The translations under genes were made by a program, and so were the position numbers. From Desulfotalea psychrophila LSv54 (lineage in GTDB: Bacteria > Desulfobacterota > Desulfobulbia > Desulfobulbales > Desulfocapsaceae), in NCBI RefSeq assembly GCF_000025945.1, contig NC_006138.1:2250001-2282000 (forward strand): a DNA stretch of 32,000 bases, read 5' to 3'. Every line of letters starts with the position of its first letter. Within the stretch, counting starts at the first letter, position 1. This document shows positions 18,701 to 26,111 of this stretch, one piece after another. The notes below the pieces were generated by a model, which saw nothing but the letters and a program-made list of their open reading frames with translations, ran no database searches and was not told the DNA's origin.

Positions 18701-21700
18701 GGCCTGCCTCTGTTCTGAGAAGTTCAATCGCCAACTGGCGCAAAGACTCAACAGCCTTAACATACTCCTCCATCTTGTATTTCGAGCGACCGCCAGGTTT
18801 AGCAGGCACTTCATCACGGATAGACCGTACCGTGGCCACAATTTTAGGGCTGAACCCATCGGCCAGAAGCTTTTTATAATTGGGTGCGGGGAAGGCTTTG
18901 GAAAGAGGGACGGTGGCAGTATCAAGATGTTCTGCATCGGTCAGACTTCTTGTATAGAGATCTTTCTTGGCCCCGCCGATCTTCTCCCCAAAATCCTCTA
19001 TCTTCTCCTCTTTACCCTTCGGTGTGGATTTTGCAGCAGGCTTTGCAGACTCTTTTTTCTTGGCTTTTGCCTTTGCAGGGGATGTATCTTTACCTCCTTC
19101 AAGGGGAATAGGGTGCAAGCTGCCATCTCTGGCAGAAAGTTCCAGGCCTGATACCATAGAGGTTTTTCCCGAAAGAGAGATATCCCCCACATATTTTTCC
19201 CCTTCACCTTTTTGTAGATAGGCGATGGTTGCATGGGGCTGATAATCAGGAAAAGTTTCTCCTGGGAAAGAGGCCAGTTTACCCGCCTTCTCATTTGCAC
19301 CCACAAGACCGGCACTCTTTATCTCCACCTTCAATACATCGTATTTATCCGTTTCAAAAATAGAGACACGGCCAAGCTCAACGGAGAATGGCCCCAGGGT
19401 AGATAGCTCTTGCAACTCTTTTGTATCGTCGGCTTTAAGCCCATATCTTACCGTGATATGTGGGGCTGTCTCCCGCCCATAGCTAGGGTCTTTGGGATCT
19501 GTATAAAGCTCCTCCTCCGGGATTTTTTCACCGAAGGCAATAATATCCTTTGCTATAGGGCCGGGTAGAGAGGTCTGGATACTGGCGTAGCTGCTTTTAT
19601 GGGTCGGATCCTCCTTCTGTGGTTCCACCTGTGGAACCATTTCTGGGGTAGTAACCCGACCGGGAAACTCCTCTCGTTCATGTTTGGCCGGGTCGATGGT
19701 CGCCATTTCAGGCTTCTCTATAACTTGCTGGAATCCTTGTCGATCATACTTAATTGGATCAACCCTTGCCTGTTCAGGTTTCTCTACAGCCTGGGGAAAC
19801 TCTTTTCGCTCATGTGGGGCAGGTTTGACGTTTACCTTACCATTGGTCTTTACGGCCACTGCCGGGACGGTATCAAATTCATCAACTTCCAGAACCGAAC
19901 CCATGGCATTTCTGCCCTCGATAAGAAGTCTGTTTGTCTCGGGATCTCGGCCCCGGTGGACAAAAACTTCAGGGACACCATTTTGCATAGAGACAAATTG
20001 GTCGCCCTCCTTCAAATCACCGACAACAAGATCCCTTTCATCGGTAAGCTGAAACCCCTCCTGTTCTAACCTGTCAAACTGCACCGATTGAGCGACCATA
20101 GGATTTTTTGCATTGTATTCCTCGGCCACCGTCTTCAGGTATTCCCACCGTTCAAGCTGGGCATGGGTAAGGGGCTTGCCGCTACGAATCTTGCTCAAAA
20201 CCCTGTTAAATGTTTCCTGGCCCAATCTTACTTTTGTGCCATTTTTCTTATTGTACTCACCAACAATCTGCTGCTTAAACCATGGTGGGTAGGAAGATCC
20301 TGCTTCAACATCAGTACCGTCCTGAAGGCTCTTGTTTCTGCTAACATGCCCCCCTTTAACCTCCTGTTCCATCTCGTCAAGGGCGCGAAGATACTGTTGG
20401 TTTTCTATTTCTACCAGGGGATAATCGTTCCCCTCCCTCGTCGCTGAAATCATTTGAGGATTAGAAGCTCTCCCAGGAAAATCTTTCCGCTCCCATCCCT
20501 TCTCTCCACTAAAGGCCACCGCCATATCTACGGCCCTACGCGCATGCTGTTCGGGAGGGTTACGGGCCACACTCTTCTCAGGAGAAAGATGATTCTCTAA
20601 CTCAGCGGAGAAGGCAGCAATTGAATCCTGGCGAGGATGGGACGCAACACCCTCTGTCTGATAACGGGTATCCAGCCCAACGGCTCCCCGGTCAGAAAGA
20701 GAGGTGACATATTCCAATGCCCTCTGCTGTCTCCGGGTAAGACTCTGCCCATTTTTTACCTTACTGATAACAATATCCAGAAGAGGGCCGTTACCGGCAA
20801 GAGTACCGAGCTTTTTGCCGGTTTCCTGCTCATATTTTTTGATATTGTTTTTATCAAGGGCAGCAGAGCGCAGAGATTCAAGCTCCACACTGAATGGTTC
20901 GTTTGGCATCGGGAAGGCTACCTGCTCCCCGGGGGCCACCGGCTCTTTTTCCTCACCGGCAGCCAGGGTCTTACCAATCATGCCACTTGCCCCAATTTTT
21001 TCGGTTACCTCACCGGCGTAGCCGATTCCGGCAAACTTGGCATCAATATCAATGGGTAAACCCTGTGTTACCATCTCCTGGGCATGGTCAAGCCATGCAG
21101 CCGCCGCCGCCCGATCCTTCTCTTCCAGGGCGTTATAAATGGCATTAGCAGCCCCGGCCCTCTCAGCGGGGTCGGTCCCCGGATCTGCCAGGGCATCTTT
21201 TATCTTCTTATTTTGTCTGTCAGAATATTTTTCCGGGAGAACAGCATTAACCGAGCCAAACAGCCCACCACCTACCGCCCCTGCCGCCGCGCTGTTGATA
21301 TACTCCTTGATTGCCTCCTTATCAGTAAGCGAGACAGAGGGGTCATTATATTTTTCATTGAGTTTAGAGAGAAACGCCTGCAAAGTCTCCTGCACAGCTT
21401 CACCGGCCATCGACGCGGGGGTATGAGTAAGCAACCTGCCCTTAACCGTTTTCTGCAAACCGCCAAGAAAATTATCAGCAACTTCCCGGATCGCCTTACT
21501 ACCAGCACCCGTGGCCCCGGTAAGTCGTTTTAACAGAAATGCGCCGGGAGAAAGTAGTTCAGAGGCACCGGAGAGAAGACCGAAACCACCGGCTGAGAAG
21601 GGATTGGCCTTATCAATACCGTGTTTATTGGCCTCCTGGCCATACATTCCACCGCCCTCTAAAGCACCCATACCCATGGTCGTACCAAGGTTAAAACCAA

Positions 21701-22388
21701 TCTTCTTACCACGGGCGATAATGGCCTTTTCCGCCGCCTCCTCTGCAACCTCCCTAACCACCCCATTTTTTACCTGGGCCTCAATCGCCTCACGGATAAT
21801 TTTTTTACCAAGGGCAGGGGCAATTGCAGCACCGGCACCAACACCAGTGAGAGTACCGGCGATTGCCGTGGCCATGGTAGGAAAAAGTCTGCCCAATTGA
21901 CCTGTCACATAATCAAAGGTATCTTCTGCCACCCCGTGATTCTTGCCGATATCAAGAAAATTCTCGGTATCAAGAGGGTTTTCCGCAGCCTCTTCTTCAT
22001 TACGCTGAAACCCTTCATAGCCCCAATTACGAACATCTTTTAAAAATCCATCATTCCCGCCATTAAAAGTTTTGTTGATCGCGTCGGCAGCTAAAGCCGT
22101 GGCACCATAAATAGACCCCTGGGTTTGATCTACCCCCGACAGAAGACCACGCTCGAGGTTTGACCCTTCGGGAGCCTGTTGCTCAAGGGGAAGTTGTTCA
22201 ACAAGTTCAGGTTCCGGGGGAGCTTCCCAATCAGGATCATTAAACGAAAATTTCTCTGCTCTTTCCGGAGAGAGAAGGGTATTAACCTGCTCTTTTTTCC
22301 GGGCTTGCAACTCTTCTGCGCTAGGAACATTAAAATCAAGCTCTGCTTCAAGTAAATCTTCTGGGAATCCGATATTATTATCTGCCAT
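12798..22388 (-). CDS. Giant polyvalent phage protein (3196 aa), probable ejected/internal virion protein
   Basis: Uninterrupted 9.6-kb ORF starting at ATG 22388 after AAGGAAAA. It has a Gly-rich hydrophobic N-terminal region, tandem repeats, a 2H phosphoesterase motif pair (HITVRYG/HATIAYL) and an LPD5-like zincin region with 'GAGSLAHEWWHALDNHFG'. It also has a PRTase-like 'YIILDDMLTQGGTIHELRHYI', 'VLHHEVGVHLNHLLL', and an LPD38-like C-terminal region 'AVIKFLGFRVSSAAVNATNMVQAVPAI'. Confidence 0.92.
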   Translation of the reverse strand: MADNNIGFPEDLLEAELDFNVPSAEELQARKKEQVNTLLSPERAEKFSFNDPDWEAPPEPELVEQLPLEQQAPEGSNLERGLLSGVDQTQGSIYGATALAADAINKTFNGGNDGFLKDVRNWGYEGFQRNEEEAAENPLDTENFLDIGKNHGVAEDTFDYVTGQLGRLFPTMATAIAGTLTGVGAGAAIAPALGKKIIREAIEAQVKNGVVREVAEEAAEKAIIARGKKIGFNLGTTMGMGALEGGGMYGQEANKHGIDKANPFSAGGFGLLSGASELLSPGAFLLKRLTGATGAGSKAIREVADNFLGGLQKTVKGRLLTHTPASMAGEAVQETLQAFLSKLNEKYNDPSVSLTDKEAIKEYINSAAAGAVGGGLFGSVNAVLPEKYSDRQNKKIKDALADPGTDPAERAGAANAIYNALEEKDRAAAAAWLDHAQEMVTQGLPIDIDAKFAGIGYAGEVTEKIGASGMIGKTLAAGEEKEPVAPGEQVAFPMPNEPFSVELESLRSAALDKNNIKKYEQETGKKLGTLAGNGPLLDIVISKVKNGQSLTRRQQRALEYVTSLSDRGAVGLDTRYQTEGVASHPRQDSIAAFSAELENHLSPEKSVARNPPEQHARRAVDMAVAFSGEKGWERKDFPGRASNPQMISATREGNDYPLVEIENQQYLRALDEMEQEVKGGHVSRNKSLQDGTDVEAGSSYPPWFKQQIVGEYNKKNGTKVRLGQETFNRVLSKIRSGKPLTHAQLERWEYLKTVAEEYNAKNPMVAQSVQFDRLEQEGFQLTDERDLVVGDLKEGDQFVSMQNGVPEVFVHRGRDPETNRLLIEGRNAMGSVLEVDEFDTVPAVAVKTNGKVNVKPAPHERKEFPQAVEKPEQARVDPIKYDRQGFQQVIEKPEMATIDPAKHEREEFPGRVTTPEMVPQVEPQKEDPTHKSSYASIQTSLPGPIAKDIIAFGEKIPEEELYTDPKDPSYGRETAPHITVRYGLKADDTKELQELSTLGPFSVELGRVSIFETDKYDVLKVEIKSAGLVGANEKAGKLASFPGETFPDYQPHATIAYLQKGEGEKYVGDISLSGKTSMVSGLELSARDGSLHPIPLEGGKDTSPAKAKAKKKESAKPAAKSTPKGKEEKIEDFGEKIGGAKKDLYTRSLTDAEHLDTATVPLSKAFPAPNYKKLLADGFSPKIVATVRSIRDEVPAKPGGRSKYKMEEYVKAVESLRQLAIELLRTEAGQGLITEDFWDAMPQEIAGRAELYEIHGHERSLKGITFSKIHWSLYKGRENVDMWMIQQKAPANVYSNFKTLADGETKEKALANFVPVYKALGEKKAVDKKVKFTVYNYRTDPKNIWIGKKVGGSHLDLKSFPNAAEARTYLKEHYDELVKELELRKYTPDHRRKSNEERIGENHRQGKDVSPEMFQEAFNFKGVEFGNWVKASGERQMALNNAFDGLYDLANLLGIPPRAISLNGELSLAFGARGSGGKNAAMAHYEPGKVVINLTRKSGAGSLAHEWWHALDNHFGARDAGAERGGYYMTAEVFAGKNNGGEKVRTEVVAAFNNLMAKINGTKLYERSAELDKKRTKKYWGTEIEMSARSFESYIIEQNRAKGYLNDYLANIVTSDVYMENLLAKLANSIREGDSKEPDSYPYLKEDELKTVGPAFTDLFKTLKSKETEKGTLLYSRSSVTPWPQTLEKATVHTNPSTLRSHPDFKAAKAGDFDAAVRLVESLMKPAKIKELAAKYPDAIVVPVHELEEEGVNFIPVAMADQFGKAGLSAQLSIHQISKTKRRRLKGSSRILARKLFKGPVVKGGKYIILDDMLTQGGTIHELRHYIANNGGEVVAISSLASVQGGTIVGIKETTINQLIRKFGREKLETVLQQFDISGTIEALTNSEGNYVLKYGSVESLRNALIKGESDLRQKTSTRAESEYQNSGLTPATLQAELNKAVGRSTISRMIRTGTLSILSTQKEAQEIIAGLQGEPYYSVRTNPTPLKTKIDIFYSQNGFIQGFTVANKTYLVADSIAQGKGQDVLHHEVGVHLNHLLLADKEFQTLKRSVLRRKNSNTPTGAAIRKAINRVPKDTPLEHYAEEVIAYLVEDTAQIGLVRRFLARVKALLIRFLGAEFVNSLTAADLKAMAGAALRTNQKKNNNDAIRYSHAKIDKEQEPGEKYFHDSVTETGKGYLEKIDQIKNKPSPADMNFMEKILSAPEKFFKKSGATSRMFMAQLERRDEKFSMEEDILQDFVTTFQKAKKEDNATYEQANNYLLDVDQSGNSFKVKRQMAWLVKTPDDTVLGYTDTQLQAYELSAKHLKEQQARGKYKDKVRPNYNTEKSERFHVMDPKGVLLEVFTEEASANAAIIEFEQKSPRVQKLSENSRLLISSFRKMTNRAFDWMVADLRKILSRANEAGLDEPTVALVDESRRWALYKNGKRVAEFGDKVVAQAAGTRHHQLKRQRDNEIRKEMSLAELIAEMGDLRGAYFPRQRQSGGVILWATKEGQPSIMKKYDFYAVDSYALNNETGEIKQGRSASWFIKKLFNTATGFLPFVETLEKDGRNLKKRGYHVEAKKDQSTPESVFDAMQLVSSLDALLQEAVTKGGINDTPAISQEINKLLSMNLAEIFKGRGYLSSRIARSTKYVKGFEEDMLLAGTQYARGLSAGFAKKNAARKMIEALAGRDISFTEFKNGRSADKSWEAYSKFVEKRRLNPTRQKNLYGEAISWMREVLRNEEQVDRVMGTLKGLAVIKFLGFRVSSAAVNATNMVQAVPAIISAETGCGLSKALSVIRRAPVDYGKYLRDSRKAPGEKRLLSDKERQIFLDISARGWDEAQFNQENASVLQSKVGRRWQIFNEYAMKLFGAVEKTNRAVSIYAAYKKLLEQTSLSREEAMHKAKSISDSAHGIYGKATMPAWTRGSYNPAKLLYTFQKFSHNYALNMIDLGLKGNIKESAYMLLSPAVLAGAGASLATPVLAAFAGALGFADGDDPEERFYTWAERTFGGERFLRHGLAGLAGVNLKGSLQLNNPMPRTLAEVFGAPGAIFTDTARGIKHLGRGELSKGAEAMLPTAFGSMSKAVREAAEGVTTGSYSPVYYGTEPLKADGFDATVRFFSFNPARISGIREKQWHEKKVAKRMQERRTEINSLIKKIYLYQKGTPAELFKEISRYNELAHGIGRVDIRPINPGRQIRLVLKRAQRATKLERSRSNE
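19621..19840 (-). repeat. Tandem ~22-aa coding repeats inside the giant protein
   Basis: Three consecutive units: 'HERKEFPQAVEKPEQARVDPIKY', 'DRQGFQQVIEKPEMATIDPAKH', 'EREEFPGRVTTPEMVPQVEPQKE'. Confidence 0.8.
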
Positions 22389-22566
22389 TATTTTTTCCTT
22401 AAAAAAAATAAAAGTTTGCCGGTCTGGACAATGCTTCTGCCCAAGTCAGGCCGCAGATAGTCTCTGAAAGAGGTTCTTTGGAGCCAACCTAAGAGATAGG
22501 AAGGGAGTATACAACAATTTATATAATACTAAGAATACACTATATCTAAGCACTCTTGCAAATCGG
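22389..22566 (-). promoter_or_regulatory. 178-nt AT-rich intergenic gap upstream of the giant gene; candidate internal late promoter/regulatory region
   Basis: Largest non-coding gap inside the late module. The minus strand reads ...TTAGATATAGTGTATTCTTAGTATTATATAAATTGTTGTATACTCCC... with several -10-like hexamers (TATAGT, TATACT), followed by a small hairpin AGGTT-ggctccaaag-AACCT. Confidence 0.4.
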
Positions 22567-23844
22567 CTATTTCTGTGGTCGCTTCAACCCTGCTATCGGA
22601 ATTTCTTCTGCCATACCGTTTTTTACTCCGATAAGACGCTCTCCCGGCTGTCCATTTGCATCTGTATACTCCTGCATCGTAATTTTTTCATAATTTGCAG
22701 AGTTATCAGTACCTAAAAGAAAACTGAGCTTTTTCTGAATTGCTTTCTTTTTGCCCGCATTTTTCTCTTCAAGAAATTGTTTTTGCAGAAGCATCGCAGT
22801 AGATAACTGCTCATTTGATAAACCTCTTGAAGTAGCTAAAGCATCGTTGGCAGCAAAAGAACCCTGTGCGGTAAGGGCCCTTGTTCTGTTCAGGCCAACC
22901 CCATTTTGCCGATTGACTAGATTTGTTCGCATATTGTTCTCAGATAAAGTTTGATTTGTTCTCATATTATTCTTGCCAGTAACCCCGGTAGTCCTCACGT
23001 TATTACGCTCTGCACTAGCCAAGCTTTCCCGATTGGCCTTGTTCTGGTACAAAAGACCGTTGAGCATTTGTCGCTCTTTCCATGGCATATTAGGATGAGT
23101 TTTACGGGTAAAAAGTTTTTCCTTCTCTTTTTGGTTCCTCTTCAACCATGAATAATTGGGAGTAATAATTTTTCCGGGGGATTGTGCTCTCTGTCTCTGC
23201 GCGGGAGCATAACCCGTTGGTCGCATAAACCTTGCCACGGTAGGGCTCATCTCGCTCCTGTTGTGCATGGTAGCTTGTCCATAGCCACCATCTTGCTGGT
23301 TAATAGTAAAAGTACGCTCTCCCTGCGCATTAACTCCACGTTGGATACTTGGCTGTCCCTCTCCTCTGCCCACTACCCCGGCAGGATTGGAGGGATTGGC
23401 GAGGTTAGCGTTCGCGGCAAGGGTCGCCTCTTGGTTCGCAGTAGTCGATGGGCCTAACTCAGCTGGTCGCTGGTTCACTACCCCGGCCACGCCTTGAGGC
23501 AATTGACCAAAATTCCGTAACCGTTGCTGCGGAGCCACCGTTGCCATGCTTGAAGGGAGAGGTGTTTGTACCCCCATCTCGTTAGCAATGCCCCTGCCCT
23601 TACTATTTATCCGGTTGAGGTTAATGTCATAGCTTTCCGCACCACGGCTATAGGCTTTGCTTATCCCGTCAACCCCCGACTGTAACGCAGTACCCCCGGT
23701 AGACATTACCGCTGGATCTATAATATCTTTCTTGATAGCACCACCCATTCGACGCGCCCCGTTGACAATACGGGCCTCGGCCCCTGTCTGCATAGCGTTT
23801 AAAGGCCGTTTTTTTCGAACATCTTCAATCGTTGCTAGAGCCAT
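22567..23844 (-). CDS. Phage protein, low-complexity N/Q/R-rich, unknown function (likely virion-associated)
   Basis: The ORF is annotated from GTG 23919, but ATG at 23844 (MALATIEDVRKKRPLNAMQTG) has a strong SD (AAGGAGGGG) 5 nt upstream. Collinear with the late module. Confidence 0.75.
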   Translation of the reverse strand: MALATIEDVRKKRPLNAMQTGAEARIVNGARRMGGAIKKDIIDPAVMSTGGTALQSGVDGISKAYSRGAESYDINLNRINSKGRGIANEMGVQTPLPSSMATVAPQQRLRNFGQLPQGVAGVVNQRPAELGPSTTANQEATLAANANLANPSNPAGVVGRGEGQPSIQRGVNAQGERTFTINQQDGGYGQATMHNRSEMSPTVARFMRPTGYAPAQRQRAQSPGKIITPNYSWLKRNQKEKEKLFTRKTHPNMPWKERQMLNGLLYQNKANRESLASAERNNVRTTGVTGKNNMRTNQTLSENNMRTNLVNRQNGVGLNRTRALTAQGSFAANDALATSRGLSNEQLSTAMLLQKQFLEEKNAGKKKAIQKKLSFLLGTDNSANYEKITMQEYTDANGQPGERLIGVKNGMAEEIPIAGLKRPQK

Positions 23845-23878
23845 TGTGCCCCTCCTTATTGTTTCATAATTACGCAAT

Positions 23879-25438
23879 TTACGTTGGTGACTGATTAAAT
23901 TTTGAATTATATGCACCAATGCTTATATCAGAAACATGCTTGCCAGGATAAAGCGCAGGTATCTCTGTTTCTATAATAGCAAGCAATTTTGCTTGAAATC
24001 CTGGCACATCGTTGTGCGAAATCAAATCTTCACAAGCTGAACGAGTAGCTAAAAATTCATATGGATAAACCAAACCGCCAGTAGGAGAGACATTCAGCCA
24101 CACCTTGTCAGGATCTCTTATATACCTGTTCGATATACGAGCCTCTACCTGTAGATCGCCCCTTATAATTGTAACTTCTGACGTTTTAGTTTGTTCATCT
24201 TTTGTAATAAATTCCGTGTAGCTACTCGGTGCCCAAATAATTTTACAGATAAAACCAACACCCACCGCCAATGCACCAGAAACATAAGAATCAGGTACTT
24301 CAGTCCTGATATAATAACCAATATCATCATTATATTCAGTATAGTGAGGAATCCCATTATCAAGATTGGTTTTCTCAAAGGTGGTTTCGTAACGAGAAGA
24401 AAAAGACCTTTCTGACATATAGCTATTAACGCTTATTGTTCTAATCGTCTTTGTAGTCCAACGAGTATAATCATCGCTGTACCAACCATCTCGCGTTGTT
24501 ATTAGTGTATTCCCGGGCACAACCGTTAAAACATCGGCTGGCGCGTTGTTATATGTCACAACACTATCTTTTGTAACAGTGTAATCAAGTCGTGAATATT
24601 CAAAATGCCAATGATCCCGTGGAAACCAAATACAATCACCCGCTGGAATAAATTTGTTTTGATTTAAGGTTGTTATAGAAGAATTGTAGGCATAACCGGC
24701 AGGGTCAATTGAAACACTTGTTCCAGAGAAGATCACACGCTCCTGAAGACTATCAGTACCATAATTATTATCTAATTCTATCTGTTTAGAGAATAACCTT
24801 TTGTTAGAACCAGCTATATAATAGTCTTCCCATACAATTTCATCTACAGAGAGAAACATATCATTTGTAGGGTCGTAATAATAATTAACCCTAATAGGGA
24901 AGTTGTCTTTTTGGCTCAGATCAAATATGATTATAAAAATCTCAATCGCAGGTTTTAAGCATGTCTTCGTTTTTATGGGTAACGTTTCCTCTTGGTCTGT
25001 ACCGGGAGATACCACATAATAAAAGCTACTAATTCCATCGTCATAATAAACACATTGAGCGTAAACCTTATCTTCAAAAGCCATCTTTCCTGTCTCGTTA
25101 AGCAACTCAAGACGGTTAAGATATCTTTGCCCTTCCCCTGTCTTTGTTTGAAGCCACAACACAAAAAATTCACAATGATAAAGAACAGGCATCTGTTGAA
25201 GGTTAACACCCACCATCTGTTCTACAGTTAAACCAAACTGCTCCAAAGCCCTTATGGTGCCACTCTTCTCCGGGTCAGAACTTCTGTCTACCAGAACAGT
25301 AAAAAGGGTGAGCTTGTTCACATCAAAGCTTTCCGGAGCAACGGTAAATCCTTGATCTTCGGCAAGTTCAGGATCAAGAATAGAAAAATATGTATTGGTA
25401 TCTATTATCATCTGCAAGGCCTGTTTTTGAAAACCCAT
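23879..25438 (-). CDS. Phage protein of unknown function (519 aa), virion module
   Basis: Long clean ORF MGFQKQALQMIIDTNTYFSILDPELAEDQ... overlapping the upstream gene by 31 nt. No domain recognised. Confidence 0.8.
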   Translation of the reverse strand: MGFQKQALQMIIDTNTYFSILDPELAEDQGFTVAPESFDVNKLTLFTVLVDRSSDPEKSGTIRALEQFGLTVEQMVGVNLQQMPVLYHCEFFVLWLQTKTGEGQRYLNRLELLNETGKMAFEDKVYAQCVYYDDGISSFYYVVSPGTDQEETLPIKTKTCLKPAIEIFIIIFDLSQKDNFPIRVNYYYDPTNDMFLSVDEIVWEDYYIAGSNKRLFSKQIELDNNYGTDSLQERVIFSGTSVSIDPAGYAYNSSITTLNQNKFIPAGDCIWFPRDHWHFEYSRLDYTVTKDSVVTYNNAPADVLTVVPGNTLITTRDGWYSDDYTRWTTKTIRTISVNSYMSERSFSSRYETTFEKTNLDNGIPHYTEYNDDIGYYIRTEVPDSYVSGALAVGVGFICKIIWAPSSYTEFITKDEQTKTSEVTIIRGDLQVEARISNRYIRDPDKVWLNVSPTGGLVYPYEFLATRSACEDLISHNDVPGFQAKLLAIIETEIPALYPGKHVSDISIGAYNSKFNQSPT

Positions 25439-26109
25439 TCAGGAATTTTTTCAAATAAGGGAAGCACCTTATACAGAGGTGCTATTCTCGAAGACATATA
25501 GTCCTTATCCCGCTTAGGCTTATCGGCACTATCGGGCGCAGCCACGGGCTCGGTGCCCATCTGTTCCGGGTCAAAGCCAAAAAGAAGAACCAACCCACAT
25601 TTTATATATCCAGGGTTTTCCTCCGATCCCGCCCCCGCCTCTTCATCTGAAATTATATTAATAAAATCCGTAATCATACATTTTTCGTAGGAAACATATT
25701 TATATCCGACACAAGGGACGCTGCTTTTATTGCAGACTTCCAAGTTATAGCGCACGTTATCCCCCTCGTAACCCATCGGGGTGTCCAGGGAATAATCGTA
25801 TTTTGAAACAATGCGACATACAGCAAAATTGACATTGGCAAAACATTCATCGCAGAGACATGGTTTACCTCCCCCCACGCCTTTCATTGGCACCCATATA
25901 TCCGCATAGGACAGCCCATATCTGATATAAGTACGGATATGAGTCCCGTCAGCAAAATGAAAATTACGTTCTCCCGTGGGAAGTTTCTGGAAAGACATGC
26001 TGGTGTTGAGCATATCCAACTGCCTCCGGGCAAAACCCATAAGTGATTTTCCCGCAGCAATATTACCGCTAACTTGAAACCGCGTTGGAATGGGAGGTAG
26101 ATAAAACAC
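25408..26109 (-). CDS. Phage protein with Cys-rich putative metal-binding segment
   Basis: GTG start 26109, 2 nt after the upstream stop. Contains 'GGGKPCLCDECFANVNFAVCRIV...LEVCNKSSVPCVGYKYVSYEKC'. Confidence 0.75.
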   Translation of the reverse strand: MFYLPPIPTRFQVSGNIAAGKSLMGFARRQLDMLNTSMSFQKLPTGERNFHFADGTHIRTYIRYGLSYADIWVPMKGVGGGKPCLCDECFANVNFAVCRIVSKYDYSLDTPMGYEGDNVRYNLEVCNKSSVPCVGYKYVSYEKCMITDFINIISDEEAGAGSEENPGYIKCGLVLLFGFDPEQMGTEPVAAPDSADKPKRDKDYMSSRIAPLYKVLPLFEKIPEWVFKNRPCR

Positions 26110-26111
26110 GA

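Noticed and set aside
18528-22388. Numerous long forward-strand ORFs (18528..19151, 19599..20069, 20637..21059, 21084..21533, 21511..21900 and others)
   Set aside because: Complementary to the continuous 3196-aa gene; cysteine/serine/arginine-rich noise. The apparent repetition in 19599..20069 merely mirrors the tandem repeats of the real gene.
22478-22488. 11-nt match (GTTGGCTCCAA on the minus strand) to the tRNA-Thr 3' end (12584-12594)
   Set aside because: Short, lies inside the late module rather than at an element boundary, and overlaps a small local hairpin. Most likely coincidence rather than an attachment core.
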